The translations under genes and the position numbers were made by a program. From assembly GCF_009914755.1 (NCBI RefSeq), contig NC_060933.1: DNA of 64,000 bases; one strand, 5' to 3'. The stretch is from the human T2T-CHM13v2.0 reference genome, Homo sapiens. Of this stretch, positions 13,666 through 27,799 are shown piece after piece (the first letter of the stretch is position 1; every line of letters begins with the position of its first letter). The notes under the pieces were generated by a model that saw only the letters and a program-made list of their open reading frames with translations, had not been told where the DNA came from and searched no databases.

Positions 13666-14450
13666 TGAGTTTCTCTAAAAGGTCTTCTGTAACTTATTTT
13701 ATCCCACAAGAGACTATTTCTTTCATTTTGCTCTCAGGATTTATGAATACACAGGTGGTAGCACATAGCTTAGTACTAATTCAGATTCTCAACTGGTTTT
13801 CTTCATGGTGGTCAATACTGTGAGGTGGAAAAATTGGTTAATTTGAAATTAAGAGGTTCTTGTGCTGATACTGGATATTAGGGTCGTCAGTTATTTCTTT
13901 AAGCAATGATTTCCTTGTGTATAAAATAAAAATGATATCTAATCTATCAAAAGGGTTACTGTGAGGATCCAAAGCAATTAAGTTTAGATACAAATCATGG
14001 TTTAGGTCTGTATGACAATTATAATACATCTTGAATAACTGGTAAAATTATGAAATACTTCATAAACAAGAGTCTTGTCTTTATGTCTGTGAAAATTTCA
14101 TCTTTAGATCCCATTTGGTTTCAGCCATAAATATGCACAATAAATGTTCATCAAGGGTCCCTTAAAATCATGAGATTCTATAATTAAAGTAGAAATGAAA
14201 CTGGGAAAATGTCAAGAATCTTGGAAAAGAAATCTGGATAGATGCTGGCTAACTTGTCTAGGATAGCAATATATAAATACGTCTCTTGATCACATGGAGA
14301 CTTTACAGTACAACGTAAAAATAGGGCATAATTCTTTACACTACCTACCAAGTTAACGAATTGACAAAGTGAATGGAAGACCAAATTAAATAGTGAAAAT
14401 ACTGAATTACAGCATATTTTGGCGGTAACACCATTTTTATTATTATCCAG

Positions 14451-14822
14451 TGTATCAGTTCATTCTCACACTGCTATGAAAAAATACCTGAGACTGGGTA
14501 ATTTATAAAGGAAAGAGGTTTAATTAAATCACAGTTCCACAGGGCTTGGGAGGCCTCAGGAAACTTCCAATCATGGCAGAAGGGGAAGCAAACACAAGTC
14601 CTTCTTCACATGATGGCAGGAAGAAGAAAGAATGCCAAGCGAAGGGGAAAGCCCCTTATAAAACCATCAGATCTCATGAGAACTCACTCACTAACATGGG
14701 AACAGCATGGGGGAAACTGCTCCCATGATTCAATTATCTCCACCCGGTCCCACCCTTGACACATGGGGATTATTACAATTCAAGGTGAGATTTGAGTAGG
14801 GACACAGAGCCCACCCATATCA
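14451..14822 (-). mobile_element. THE1C/D-type MaLR solo LTR
   Basis: TG...CA termini; reverse complement begins TGATATGGGTGGGCTCTGTGTCC; internal AAAACCATCAGATCTCATGAGAACTCACTCACTA. Confidence 0.88.
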
Positions 14823-17293
14823 TCTGGTATGCATGGTTTTTCTGCCATCCTTTAATCTGGGCCTACGAGACCCTTGAAACGATTTGGTGAAAGTAAGAAA
14901 TGGAATTGGGCATACCGCTTGCAATTTGAGAAGGGATTTTTTTCAAAGGTAAAAGATAATGGAGGAAGCAAAGAGGGATTAAAAAAGGGCAGACAATGAA
15001 AAGAGGAACCAAAAAAGCGAAAGTATCTTATGTATACATACCTCATTCTACCAGTGAGAAGTTAAGAAGTTAAGACCCTCAAGAACCTTTTCTTTACCCT
15101 AGTTTTTAGTTTAGAGTTTGTTATTTGTTTTGTTGTTGTTATTGTTGCTGTTTAGGCAGTGAGGCTCTGCCTTTGTTATAATAGTAAAGGTGGATTGGAA
15201 AGCCATAGCTATGCTCTCTTCTACCCAAAGTAAAGTCAGTCAGGTCCAGGAAGAGAACTGTGACCACAGAGCCAGTCTATCAGGATGTATACACCCAGAC
15301 ACAGGATGGGAAATGAGAATAAGAGAATTCCAGCCCATCCCTAGCCCTGGCCCAAGTGCACATATAGAGCAGCAACATTTTTTATATTTGTTGGTATGTT
15401 CCCAGAGTTCAGCACGGGGAAAACACACTATATTTAATAATTATTCAATAACAAACAATGCCCAGAGAATATTATAAAATTGGTAGAATCTTCTAAATGG
15501 GGATGTGTATTTTTTTAAATAATGAAAAAAATGTTTATTTTTTCAAAGTGAACTGATATGATCACTTTTAATACCATTAGTGTATCATTAAAAACCAAAG
15601 GTGAAATTTTAAAGTAAAGTTGCATGCTATTTTCTCGTTCTAAAATGATCAAATGTGATTCAAATTGTTCAAATATTAGTTGCTACTATGTTAAACATTA
15701 ATTTTTGTTCAAATATTTACTAAGTTATCTATTACAAGCTTATTTTCTATTTTAGTTGCCATTATCTTAGTGCAGGAACTATTCAGGTTAGCATTTCTAA
15801 AAGAGATGGGGAAACCAGCATCTTGTAGTCATTTCATTACCATCCCCAATAATTTTATTTTCTACCCATCTTTGTGAAGTCTTTAAACTGACACATTTAC
15901 TATTTGTACTATCTAAGCACTTAGAGAAGAGATAATTAAATAAACTCTCTATGAAATTAATCATCTCAATTTCATTGCCTTTCCCAAAATAAATTCCCAG
16001 AAATATTTCCAAAGAGAATAAACAAATATTTTTCACTACTTTAAAATTAAAAAAAAACAGTGAAATGGGCAAAATGTGAACTGAAAAGAGAAGAACAAAG
16101 GTGGAATTAGCAGGAATAATCTGCAATTTCACTAATTAAGTGTTCAATGAATTAAAATGACCTGACCATATCAGGTTTAAAATGACCTTGAGTTAATTTT
16201 TAAATGGTTACCTAGTACACATCAGTATGTTGGCAGCAATGAAGTCTGACTGTAATAACATTCTGTACCAGAATTTATTCTGTCAACTGAAGGGAAAAAA
16301 AATTATCCCCCAAATATAAATATATGCATGATGTATTTACATTCATAAACACTAGATGAATTAAAAAACTTAACACTCTCTTACTGATGCATATTTAAAT
16401 ATATGGAAGCACCTCATATTACTATTCAAATATTCTATTACAAATACATTTGCTAATTTTGTGTACTTTTTTTGTAATTTGTATTATTTTTTAAAAAAGT
16501 GAATACCAAAACAAATTATATACCACAGGAAAACGTGCTAGCTCAACAGAATCAATTAGTATATTTTGAGGACAAATTTATACAATATGTTATTTCGGAT
16601 GTGCTTCAAGAAAAATAAAATGAATCACACCTCAAAACAGAAATCCTTTTCAATAGTAAATGAGTTCATTTATAATTGTTAAGCTTATTAGTCAGCTAAG
16701 AACAATACTAGTCTCTTTGTAAAAATTTCTTTATTATGTCAAGGCCTTCATTGCCTTTCACACAGAAGAGCATTTCTTACACATTTGGTTGGCACCAAAC
16801 ATTTCAAACCTTAGTTTTCAGAAATGTCAAAAACTGTATTAAGATCATTTTAATAGACCTACAAGAAATAGGAGAGCTCTTAGCAGATTAAAAACATGGG
16901 ATATTAGAACAGTTACGGTAGAGGCTGCTATGTGACTGACTAAATGTGAAACAGAAGGAAAAAGGACCCACATTATAACAGCTATTAATAAAAGGACAGT
17001 GGAGAAGGAAGACATCCAGAGTAGCAGCAGGGAGGTTAATTACAAAAGTAACCTTGTGAGAAAAGAGAAGGAATAGAACTCAGTCGGTATTTCTGGCCCA
17101 GTAAAACCACAGGGAAATGAAGCAATTGAGGAAAGAGAAGTAAAAAAGTCAAAAGCACAGTACGGATATGCTAGAAGGGAAGACACAAGAAAAGAAAAAG
17201 CATACGGGAAAAACTGATTTTCTCTGTAAGCAAGGGTTATGAAAATAGAAATCATAAACCTGAAAACAGCTTTTTCAGTCTTGGTTAAAAGTA

Positions 17294-17759
<466 letters not shown>

Positions 17760-19665
17760 CTATTTAATAAATCTTGCCAAAAACAAGTTCTACAAGTATT
17801 ATGAATGTTTGGTATAATTTGTAGGTAAGGATGTTTATACTTCATGAGCACAGGATCACAGAGAACAAAAAGCATGGTTAAGGGGGTTGGAAAAAATATT
17901 ACTTAAATTCTCTCTCACTGTGTTTATTGAGCAAGAGCCAGGAGATTCCCTGGATCTTTAACATTAATTTACAAAGGACTTCCTTGCATATTCAATGTTA
18001 ATTACAAAGTTGCTGTGAATCTTCTAGGAATGGTAGCCCTTCCATGTCAAAGAATGTGATGAATGTCAAAGATTAGAAAATATTGTATTGTTAATTTAAA
18101 TGACAGAATTCATTTTATGTAGAAAACAGAATTTGTTTATTTACATTATAAATTCACTCATTGCCCCTGTGGTAGATGACCCTATCACTTATAAACTGTG
18201 TAGCTTCTTCTGTTTTTCAGAAAGTCTTAGCTCTTTGGATATAATTTTCTTTCATTAGACTTTAACAGATGCTTCCAGCAGGTTCAAATCCAATAAACAT
18301 CAAAAGCCTGCTTCTTATACAGGGTTGCAGTTAAACATGAAACTTATGCTTTATAGGAATTATTTACTAAAACTACATGATTGCTATAGGCAACTCTAAC
18401 TTGTGAGGACAGCATAAGTGTAATAGTGTTATGCCTGAACTTCTTGAGAAGAATAATATGAAGGCTAACATAGCAGTAGGGTCCTGGCTCTCTTGACCTT
18501 GTGACCATCTGAGAAAGGAGGAATTAAATGGAAGTGAATTAGTTCAATAAATCATCCCTAGATGCCTACCATTTATTTCTCCCAAAATAGACTGGCATCA
18601 AAGAGCAGAAGCTACTTGGAAGAAGTAAAGCAGGTTTCAAAGGCGAGAGGGGGAGTGTGTCTGGGAGCAGGAATGTTACTCAGGAAAGATTTAGTTTAGA
18701 ATAATTTCTCAGCGACAAAACAGGATAGATATTACATAAAATACATAAACCTATTTTTGTGAATCCAAAGGAACATAGCAACCATTACTTCTTACAAAGT
18801 GAGTAGCATTTTATCAGGATTATAACACTGTATTAAGCATTATTTCCCTTGGGTCCTAGCAGAGCCTACCAATGCTAAGATTCTACTAAACTAAGTAATA
18901 ATTTATTGGGAAAAGCATTTACTAAATAATACTGTGGTGACCAGAAAGAGCAAATGAGCTAAAGATGTCAAGCTTACTGCAGTATTAGGAGAGTTCTTTG
19001 TAACAGGAGGCTCCTCTAGTCTTTCTAATAATAAATGAAACTACAGAAACATAAAATATCAATAAATGTATGCAGCACATCAAAATATCTAACTACAGAA
19101 AATTAAGTTTGGCAACTCTAGAGAGACCATAAGAATATGTACTTTAAATGTATTTTCTGCTGTGAATACATAGATACAGATTCATACTTACTCCCGGTGT
19201 CTATTGATATTATGCATATTTACAGGAGAGTTAAATAAAGATGTCGGTTCTTTCAGGGTATAGAACTGGAAATTACAAGAATGAATTATTTGTTTGCAGC
19301 CAAAGCACTATAGTCTAAATAGCAGAACTTCTTACTTATACATGATTATTAAACCAGTGCTAACACTATTATTAATAGTGATATGCAATAATATTTCATT
19401 TGATCTTTGCAAAAATCCTAAGGTGAAGTAAAAATGGTAGGCATTTTTATCTCCATTTTATAAATAGTGACATAAGTACAAAGATACAATGACAACTCAA
19501 AGACATGGTGTCAGCTGGCAGTGATTCCAGATCTTCTGACTCTAATCCTAGAATTCCTCCCACAATACCAGTGTTTCCCCAAATATGGGAATAATGATAT
19601 TGGTAGTACAAAGGCAAGACATTAAGTAACAATAAATCATATACTAAAAACTTAACTCCATTTTC

Positions 19666-19950
<285 letters not shown>

Positions 19951-20039
19951 CATTTTCAATTCTCTTTAAAATCATTCTGTTTTTTCAAGGACAAGGTCTC
20001 AGCATTTACCATCTATAACAATTACTAATTTCACTTTTT

Positions 20040-20561
20040 TTTTTCAATTTGAAAGCAGTCATTTTAGTAATTGACTAGGTTACAAAAATAATCATGGGAT
20101 ACACCTTAGCTCATCCATTTAACAAGACTGTTTGTCTGGTCTTCCCTATTGCCAGCATCTCTACCTTTTACAAAATGGGCGGTCTTTTTCTTCATTCCAA
20201 CTCCTGAAGAAGTTAATTTGAAGGGCCACAGGAAGTTATTTGCTTCTTTGAAGTGCTTTCCAACTGTATAGATCTCATGAATTAAATCCTCCAGGCAGAT
20301 GATGCCATATTTGGTTGATGCCAAGATGTGGCATATCTTGGTTGATGCCATCCAGGCAGATGATGCTCAACCAAGAGATTGACCAATCAAAATGTTATCT
20401 GTCAAGGCAATTTGCATCTTATTGATTTGGCCATAACCACGCTTGTAGATTTGTTCATTTGCTGACTTCAGGTTTGGATATCCCCATGAAATATATGGTT
20501 CTACAATCCTCAGTATGTTAACTGAAGCCTTCTTAAGCTTAACCAACGTTCTATTGAAGAA
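20040..20561 (-). pseudogene. 5'-truncated processed pseudogene of ribosomal protein L7 (RPL7/uL30)
   Basis: ORFs 20367-20570 and 20106-20351 read as the RPL7 C-terminus ([16 protein letters not shown]...[30 protein letters not shown]...GDAGNREDQ). It is intronless with a poly(A), has a 14-bp TSD TAATTTCACTTTTT (20026-20039 / 20562-20575) at a TT/AAAA site, and carries an internal stop. Confidence 0.93.
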
Positions 20562-20796
20562 TAATTTCACTTTTTAAGAGAAGGCAGGTCTTAGGACTGG
20601 GTCTTTTTAAGCAAATGCAGCTAGCCATATCTCATAAGTATTATTTAATTTTTACTATATTCAGTTTTATGAATATAAGATAAATCTTATATTTATGTCA
20701 AGAGATGCTGGCTTTTCATTTTAGGTCCAAAGTTTTTGTTTTAAATTAATTCTTTTAAGTAATTTTATAGAAAACAGTTAAGTAAAAAAAGTAACA

Positions 20797-21186
<390 letters not shown>

Positions 21187-21640
21187 CTATAAATTATACT
21201 CTTCATAAAGACACCAACAAAAGACTTTTACTTTAGAGATTTACATTTCATGCATGAATTAAAACAAAAATAGCTGTTTCATTGTATCAACTTACTATTC
21301 ATCTAAATCCCTGAAGAAAAGAAAAAGAGTAGCAACCATAATACTCCTCTAGCAAGGGTAAAGTTAATTTTGAAGCAAACTGCTAATATATTACCTACTT
21401 TTTAGGAGAACTGCATTTTACTGATCCCAGTATTCTGATAACAAAACTTATATATAAACACAGTTTCATAAAGTATTCAGACAACAAAGAAATAATCCAA
21501 GTAAAATGCAACTGCATCCTTTATGCTCACACTTCCTGCTATTCCACTTCACAGAGATAATGGTATACAATCCTCCAACCCCCTACCAATAATTTCATCC
21601 TCATGTGTTTAACTGTGTCTACACTAACTAGGAGAGTTAA

Positions 21641-21769
21641 CACTAACTGCCACACACACAGCCTCCCAGTGGTAACTCCAAAGTTACCTCTCTAACTTAG
21701 AAAATGTTTCTAAGTTAACTCTCTAACTTAGGAGTTACCACTGGGAGGCTGTCTGTGTGGCAGTCAGTG
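21641..21769. repeat. Inverted repeat: 46-bp arms (3 mismatches) enclosing a nested 11-bp-arm palindrome
   Basis: Arms at 21641-21686 and 21724-21769; inner TAACTTAGAAA-atg-TTTCTAAGTTA at 21693-21717. Confidence 0.93.
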
Positions 21770-22000
21770 GTGCAGCGGGCCCTGCTCCACACGCTCACTT
21801 GGGGACCCTGGTTAACAGAGGTTCCACCACCTTTTAGTTGTGTCACTGTGATGTAGGCTCGCAGCAGCTGAGAGATTGTAGAAGCATACTAGCTCCTAAA
21901 TGTCTTGGCTCACAAATAATACATGGTACTGTTGCTCATAGCTCACTATTGAGAATATGCTACAGGACCCAACACAAATACAAGGGAAACACCATAGGTG
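21730..22000. mobile_element. Old MLT1-type MaLR LTR fragment
   Basis: CTGCTCCACAC...GGGACCC and GCTCATAGCTCACTATTG MLT1J/K-like motifs. Confidence 0.45.
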
Positions 22001-22399
22001 AGCATTTTATGCCCCGGATGCAGTGTCTTTTTATAGGAGAGTACATATAGTATAGGAACCTAGGTGAGATATGTGTGTTTTCCTACTTCTTGTTTGTTTT
22101 TTTGCACTTAACAATACATCTTTGGAGCTGTTTCCAAGTGCGTGTATACGTGTGTGTCTGCACATACATACACGCACCAACTACTTTGGTTTTAGAGTAC
22201 TCCATAGTATAGACGAAGCTTAACTTATTTAACTATTTTACTATTAAAGAACATAATGAACTAAGTTTTCATTTATACAGTGATGTGCTTATTTATTCCT
22301 GGTCTGATATCACTCAGTTTTGATTACCATAACTGTATAGTATCTTCTGAGATTAAATAAAACAAGTTCTTTCTCTACCACTAGTCTGTTTTTGGCAAA

Positions 22400-22470
22400 T
22401 TTTCTTTTCTTTTTTTTTTCTTTCTTTCCTTTCCTTTTCTTTCTCTTTCTCTTTCTTTCTTCTTTCTTTC

Positions 22471-22533
<63 letters not shown>

Positions 22534-22535
22534 TT
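22400..22535 (+). repeat. CT-rich / (TTTC)n polypyrimidine microsatellite
   Basis: Direct reading. Confidence 0.95.
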
Positions 22536-22802
22536 TGGCTATTCTTATGTACATTCAAAAGTCATCTGGGTGTTTCAGTTGGATTGCATTGAAATCATGC
22601 ATGCATTTGGGAGATAAATGAATTATTTATAATAAGGAGCATTCCCACTCAAAAAAGTAGTAGTTTCCCCATATCCTTTGTAGCAAAACTCTCATTTTAA
22701 AATTTAGGCCTTCTTAATGCCCTTTCATATGTGAGTTATATGCTTCACTCTACCTCACTGGCTATGAGTAAAGTATTATGAAGATTGATAATAGATTTCA
22801 AA

Positions 22803-23370
22803 GTGGTAGGGTAAGGAGAATTCTAAAAATGCCTCCCCCTCAACCAAGATTAGAAACTCTAATTCCTATAACTTGTGAATACAATGAAAAATACCTCCCA
22901 TGATTATCTTACGTTATATGGTACAGCTGACGTTAAAATTGAGTAGGCCTGCTCTAGCCCATGAGTCCTTAAAAGCGGAGTGCTTCTCTGGCTGGTGGCA
23001 GCAGTCAGAGTCAATACATAAGGCCGTATTGTTGCTTTGAAAATGGAGGGGCTACAAGAGAAGTCAAGCAGGCAGCCTCTAGGAGTGGGGAACAGATCCC
23101 ATCAGACAGCCAACAAGATAACACAGAGGCCTTAGTTCTGCTATTCTGCCAGTAACTCAATGAGCTTGGAATGGATCCTTCCCCAGGATCTCTAAACAAA
23201 AGCCCCATGTGACAGACACATTACTTTCAGTCTTGTGAGACATGGAACAGAGAACTCAATCAAGCACCCCCAGACTTATGACCTCCAAAAATTGTGAGAT
23301 AATAAGTGGGTGTTGTTTTGAGCTACTACATCCTTGTAATTTGATACACAGCAAGAAGAAACTAATCCAG
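22803..23370 (+). mobile_element. MLT1 (D/E-like) MaLR LTR
   Basis: GTGGTAGG start; GACCTCCAAAAATTGTGAGATAATAAGTGGGTGTTGTTTT...AAACTAATCCA end. Confidence 0.7.
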
Positions 23371-24919
23371 ACAGAGTCCAAAGGAATTGTTACCAACATT
23401 TTACACCTCCATGGGTTTTCAGAATTCCCCAGGGAAAAGGAAATACACTCGGAACCACTTCCCCTTTCTTTGCTTTTACTTTCATTGACATTCCCTAATT
23501 AAGAGTAACACACATAACAACCTAAATCCTTAATTTCCTGCTAAATGTTAAGGCTTTGGTGAAATACAAGGATAATTCTTCCTCAAAAAGTTCGAATAGT
23601 TAAGTTACAAGCAAATTGAAAACTAAAAATATCAAAGGACAAGACGAAATCTCAAAGTCAATGAGTAAAGTATCACATGAAAATTTAGGAGAATGCTATC
23701 ATCAATCCCTAGAATTGAAAATCTATTTCACAAGAGGTTAGGATATATAAGATAACCAGAGCTATTTCAGTATTTTAGCTACATACATGCAGTGACTACA
23801 ATGTTTACAAGAGAATTCAATATTTTGGTAAAATAGGAATTAATCCACAATCTCAGTTCCACTAGCATAAATTGTTCCACTGTTGATCTTCTGCCTCTAA
23901 GTGAAAATGCAATTTATTGCATAATATATTACCTTTCTAAAACTTATCATACTCTAAGAAATATTACTCTGAAAGCAGTTTAGAGAAATCCAAACTGATA
24001 TATAGCTGATTTATATAATTTAAAAAAAGATATATTGAAAGAAAATTTTAATGATACCAGGATGACAAGACAAAATAAAATAAGCTTCACTTTGTTTGTG
24101 TGTTTCTATTCTATCTGAATCCTTTTTAGTAAAATGTGTTCCCTTTGGCACTTGTATGACATTTTTAAAACAAAAGAATAAATAAGGTAAAGCAATAAAA
24201 AATTAGTGAATATTAAAGATAATGGTTTCAATTTCAAGAGGACTGAGAACAACATAGTTAAGTTTTAGAATCTTAAAAAATATAGAGAAAAGTAAAAGGG
24301 CATTGAAATAATTTAAAGATAAGAAAATGGTCTTACCAATAAGATAGACAGGGATATCATTTCCTTAACTGATTTTCTTTGACATCTCCGTGGTTTTTGG
24401 CTTAGTAAACAAAAGATATTATTGACCTAATTACCAAAGTGTCCCTGCACATTGCTGTAACAAGTTTCAGTCAACTGACAGTCACTGGGAATGCCTAGCC
24501 ACCTAAAATCTATCACCCACCTGCCTGGAACCCTTCAACAAAGAATGACTCCTAAGTACTGTAGTTTATAATGTGAACTGGATGACAGAGTTAATTTCAA
24601 TGTTCTGTCATCCACTTACATCTTAGTATAACTAGCTTCCTTGCAAAAACAGTGGTAATTCTGATGTAGACGAGAGAAAGATAATTTTATTTTGTAAGTA
24701 AGCTCCATAAAGTCAGGAACAATGTCTATTTCTTCTTTACTACTTATCACAATTGCTATTAATAGTACAGAGGGAATCCTTAATAAGGATTTGGTGAAGG
24801 AAAGGAGGCAGATACAAACTGAAATATGACAAGTAGCTTTGAGCTTCCAAGGAAAAAATCACAAAGGCAAATAGCACACCAGGAGAAAAAGATAGGAAGA
24901 CAGTGAAGAGTGCTGGAAC

Positions 24920-25272
24920 TATTCGTTTTAGTCCGTTCAGTCTGCTACAGCAAAAACTGGGTAACTTACGAACAACAGAAATTTATTTCTCACAGTCTGG
25001 ATGCTGGGAATTTCAAGATCAAGGCAGATTCAACGTTTGATGACAGCCTGCTTTCTGGCTCATAGACTGACCTTCTTCCTATGTCCTCACGTGGATGGAG
25101 ACAGGGGTCTCTCTAGGTTGTCTTTTGTAAGTACACTAATCCTATTCATAAGGACTCCATCCTCATAACCTAATCATTTCCTAAAATCCCCACCTTCTAA
25201 TACCATCACTTTGGGGGTAAGGATTTCAGTATATAAATTTTGTCCACAAACACAAACATTCAGACCATAGAA
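24920..25272 (-). mobile_element. MLT1A-type MaLR LTR
   Basis: AACAACAGAAATTTATTTCTCACAG...AAACATTCAGACCATAG motifs. Confidence 0.75.
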
Positions 25273-25592
25273 ATTTCCAAATAAAGGAGTTCTATTTTTC
25301 CTTATTTCATGACTTTCTTACTTCATACCTCCACCCATATGCTATTTTACAAGAATAAAAGTAATTGAAATGGTAGAAATTAAAATTCTACCATAAAAGG
25401 ACTGCTTCTGAAGATGTAAGAAAGCTTTGTAAGCACTGACAACAAATCAGATAATTACTTAAAGAATACTTTTACACTAGCGAAAGCAAATGATATTTTG
25501 AAGCCAAGAACAAATGACTAAAGAAATGGATCACAAATTGCTGATGACTAATTTGGGGCTCAATTAATGACGAATTAGATTTACAGAGCAGT

Positions 25593-25921
25593 TGTTTTTT
25601 TGTTTTTGTTTTGTTTGTTTGTTTGTTTGACACGGAGTCTTGATCTGTCGCCCAGGCTGGAGTGCGGTGGCGCCATCTCGGCTCACTGCAAGCTCCGCCC
25701 TCGGGTTCCCGCCATTCTCCTGCCTCAGCCTCCCGAGTAGCTGGGACTACAGGCGCCCGCCACTACGCCCGGCTAATTTTTTTTTTTTTTTTTTTGTATT
25801 TTTAGTAGAGACGGGGTTTCCCCGTGTTAGCCAGGATGGTCTCGATCTCCTGACCTCGTGATCCGCCCGCCTCGGCCTCCCAGAGTGCTGGGATTACAGG
25901 CTTGAGCCACCACGCCCAGCC
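25593..25921 (-). mobile_element. Young CpG-rich AluY
   Basis: AluY diagnostics (GCAAGCTCCGCC, CGCCATTCTCC, GTTAGCCAGGATGGTCTCGATCTCC); most CpGs intact; TSD AGAGCAGTT. Confidence 0.95.
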
Positions 25922-27799
25922 CAGAGCAGTTTTTTTAAGACTGCTGGTTAGGATGTTTCAAATTATTAAAAAAAAAAAAAAAATTAAATGATCCCTAGAG
26001 CAAGTTATCCAATGAGTACACATAGGTAATATATAGGGTTCAATTCAATATTAATTATTTATCCTCAGAAAACTGAACAAAATACTTATTCAAAAGTAAG
26101 TAGTTTTGGAAATTATAATATATTTTTATGATTCCTTTTTCCAACCATAGTATCAATATTCAGTCCCTTGCCTACTCTGTGGTTCAAAACAGTCTTCAAT
26201 AAATTTACAACTCTATCCTTTCAAATCTTCTATGAAGTACATGATTTTTAAAAATTATTTTTTAAAAACTATTAATTATATATATATATAATCTGTGAAT
26301 CAGAACAGTGTTTGTTTCTGGGATCGAGGGATGGGGAGGGTAGAGATTGGGACGAGCCAGAGGAAAGTTTTCTAGAGTGATAAAAATGCCTTAATTTAAG
26401 TGTGGGTTACACAATCACTTCTCAAAACATAATAAACTGCATAAATTGATATCTGTGCACTTTACTGTAAATAAATTATAGCTCACTAAAGATTAAAAGC
26501 AAAAAAGTATACAAAATATTTCTCCTTTCTCCACTATATAAAATACATGCTTATACAACTGCAAATTGAGATTAAGTATTTTACTTTACAATGTCCAGAT
26601 AAGTAATTCAAATTGGTGCATGTGTCTATGATGTGGGGTGTTTCCTCTCAGAAAACTGAACAGTAATGTATTAAGTTTCTCATAATGACATATGGCCACA
26701 ATAGAATGACAAAATATCTGTGGGAGTAATGACCAAGAATGTAATTAAAAGCAAAGACTCTTGAAATTACTGTTGTAACATAAGATGAATCCTTTTTTAA
26801 AAAAAGCAAAATATTATTAAATTATTTAATATTTGCAGGAAAGACTAATTAGGAGTAAAGTCATTCAATTTATTCACTATTGTATGTGTATAACTGCAAG
26901 GGAATATTATTAGTTGCTATCAAGGGTAAGTTCTCTAAACACCAGGGTTGCCTGTTTATCATTTACAGCGGCTTCCATTTTCAAAAATTCAGATGTCTCT
27001 GTTCATAGTGCTAGCAATAGCCCTTTTTTATTTGCCAGTGGAGTTAAGATAAAGCAAAATGAATTTAGATACTTTAAAATCATGCAACCAATTCCATTTC
27101 TTTAGCAGCACAATTAATTCTTACTCTTTAATTTTAATACTTTATATTAGAGCAAAGTACTTAGGATTAAATAAGTGTTTCCGCTTACGCAGCTCTAAAA
27201 TATATTACAATAACTATCAAATAATTGATATAGATATGCTATGACTTTGGGGATAATTTCAGTGATCTGTATAACTAAAATCATTTAAATTACTATTCAA
27301 ATGATGATAATTAATAAATTATGAAGTTTTACATGTGGCCAGAAATTTAAATTATATAAGACTTCTTTTCATTAATTGTATTATCCTGAAAAAGCAGCTA
27401 TAGAAAATAGACTCATCAACTTAAGTAAGATGAAAAGACGCTACAGGAAGTCCAAGAAAGAGTAACATAAATTACTAAATGATTGAGAAATGGCATAACA
27501 AAGAAAACCTAAAATAATTTGGGTTAGTAGAGAACAGAAGGCTAGTAATAATAGTCTTTATTCAAATAGAGGAAGGAATACTATGGGAACAGACACTTTC
27601 AGTACTTTGCCCATTGAGAAAAGGATCTGAAAACAAACTCAAGTAGCAACTGGAAGGACTATGTTTAGGTACCAAGAAAAATTCCCTTTACAGTTTCAAC
27701 ACTTTACAGCCTAATAACAGAGGTGGCTATAAATTCATATCTTTGAAAATGTTTAGCCACAATAGAGATTACCTAAGGTAGTCATTATTCTAATACCTA

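Noticed and set aside
20106-20570. RPL7-like ORFs as a functional retrogene
   Set aside because: 5'-truncated, many substitutions, and an in-frame stop within the insertion.
22310-22592. Lys/Arg/Glu-rich and Phe/Ser-rich ORFs (also 11866-12123)
   Set aside because: Translations of (TTTC)n and (GGAA)n microsatellites.
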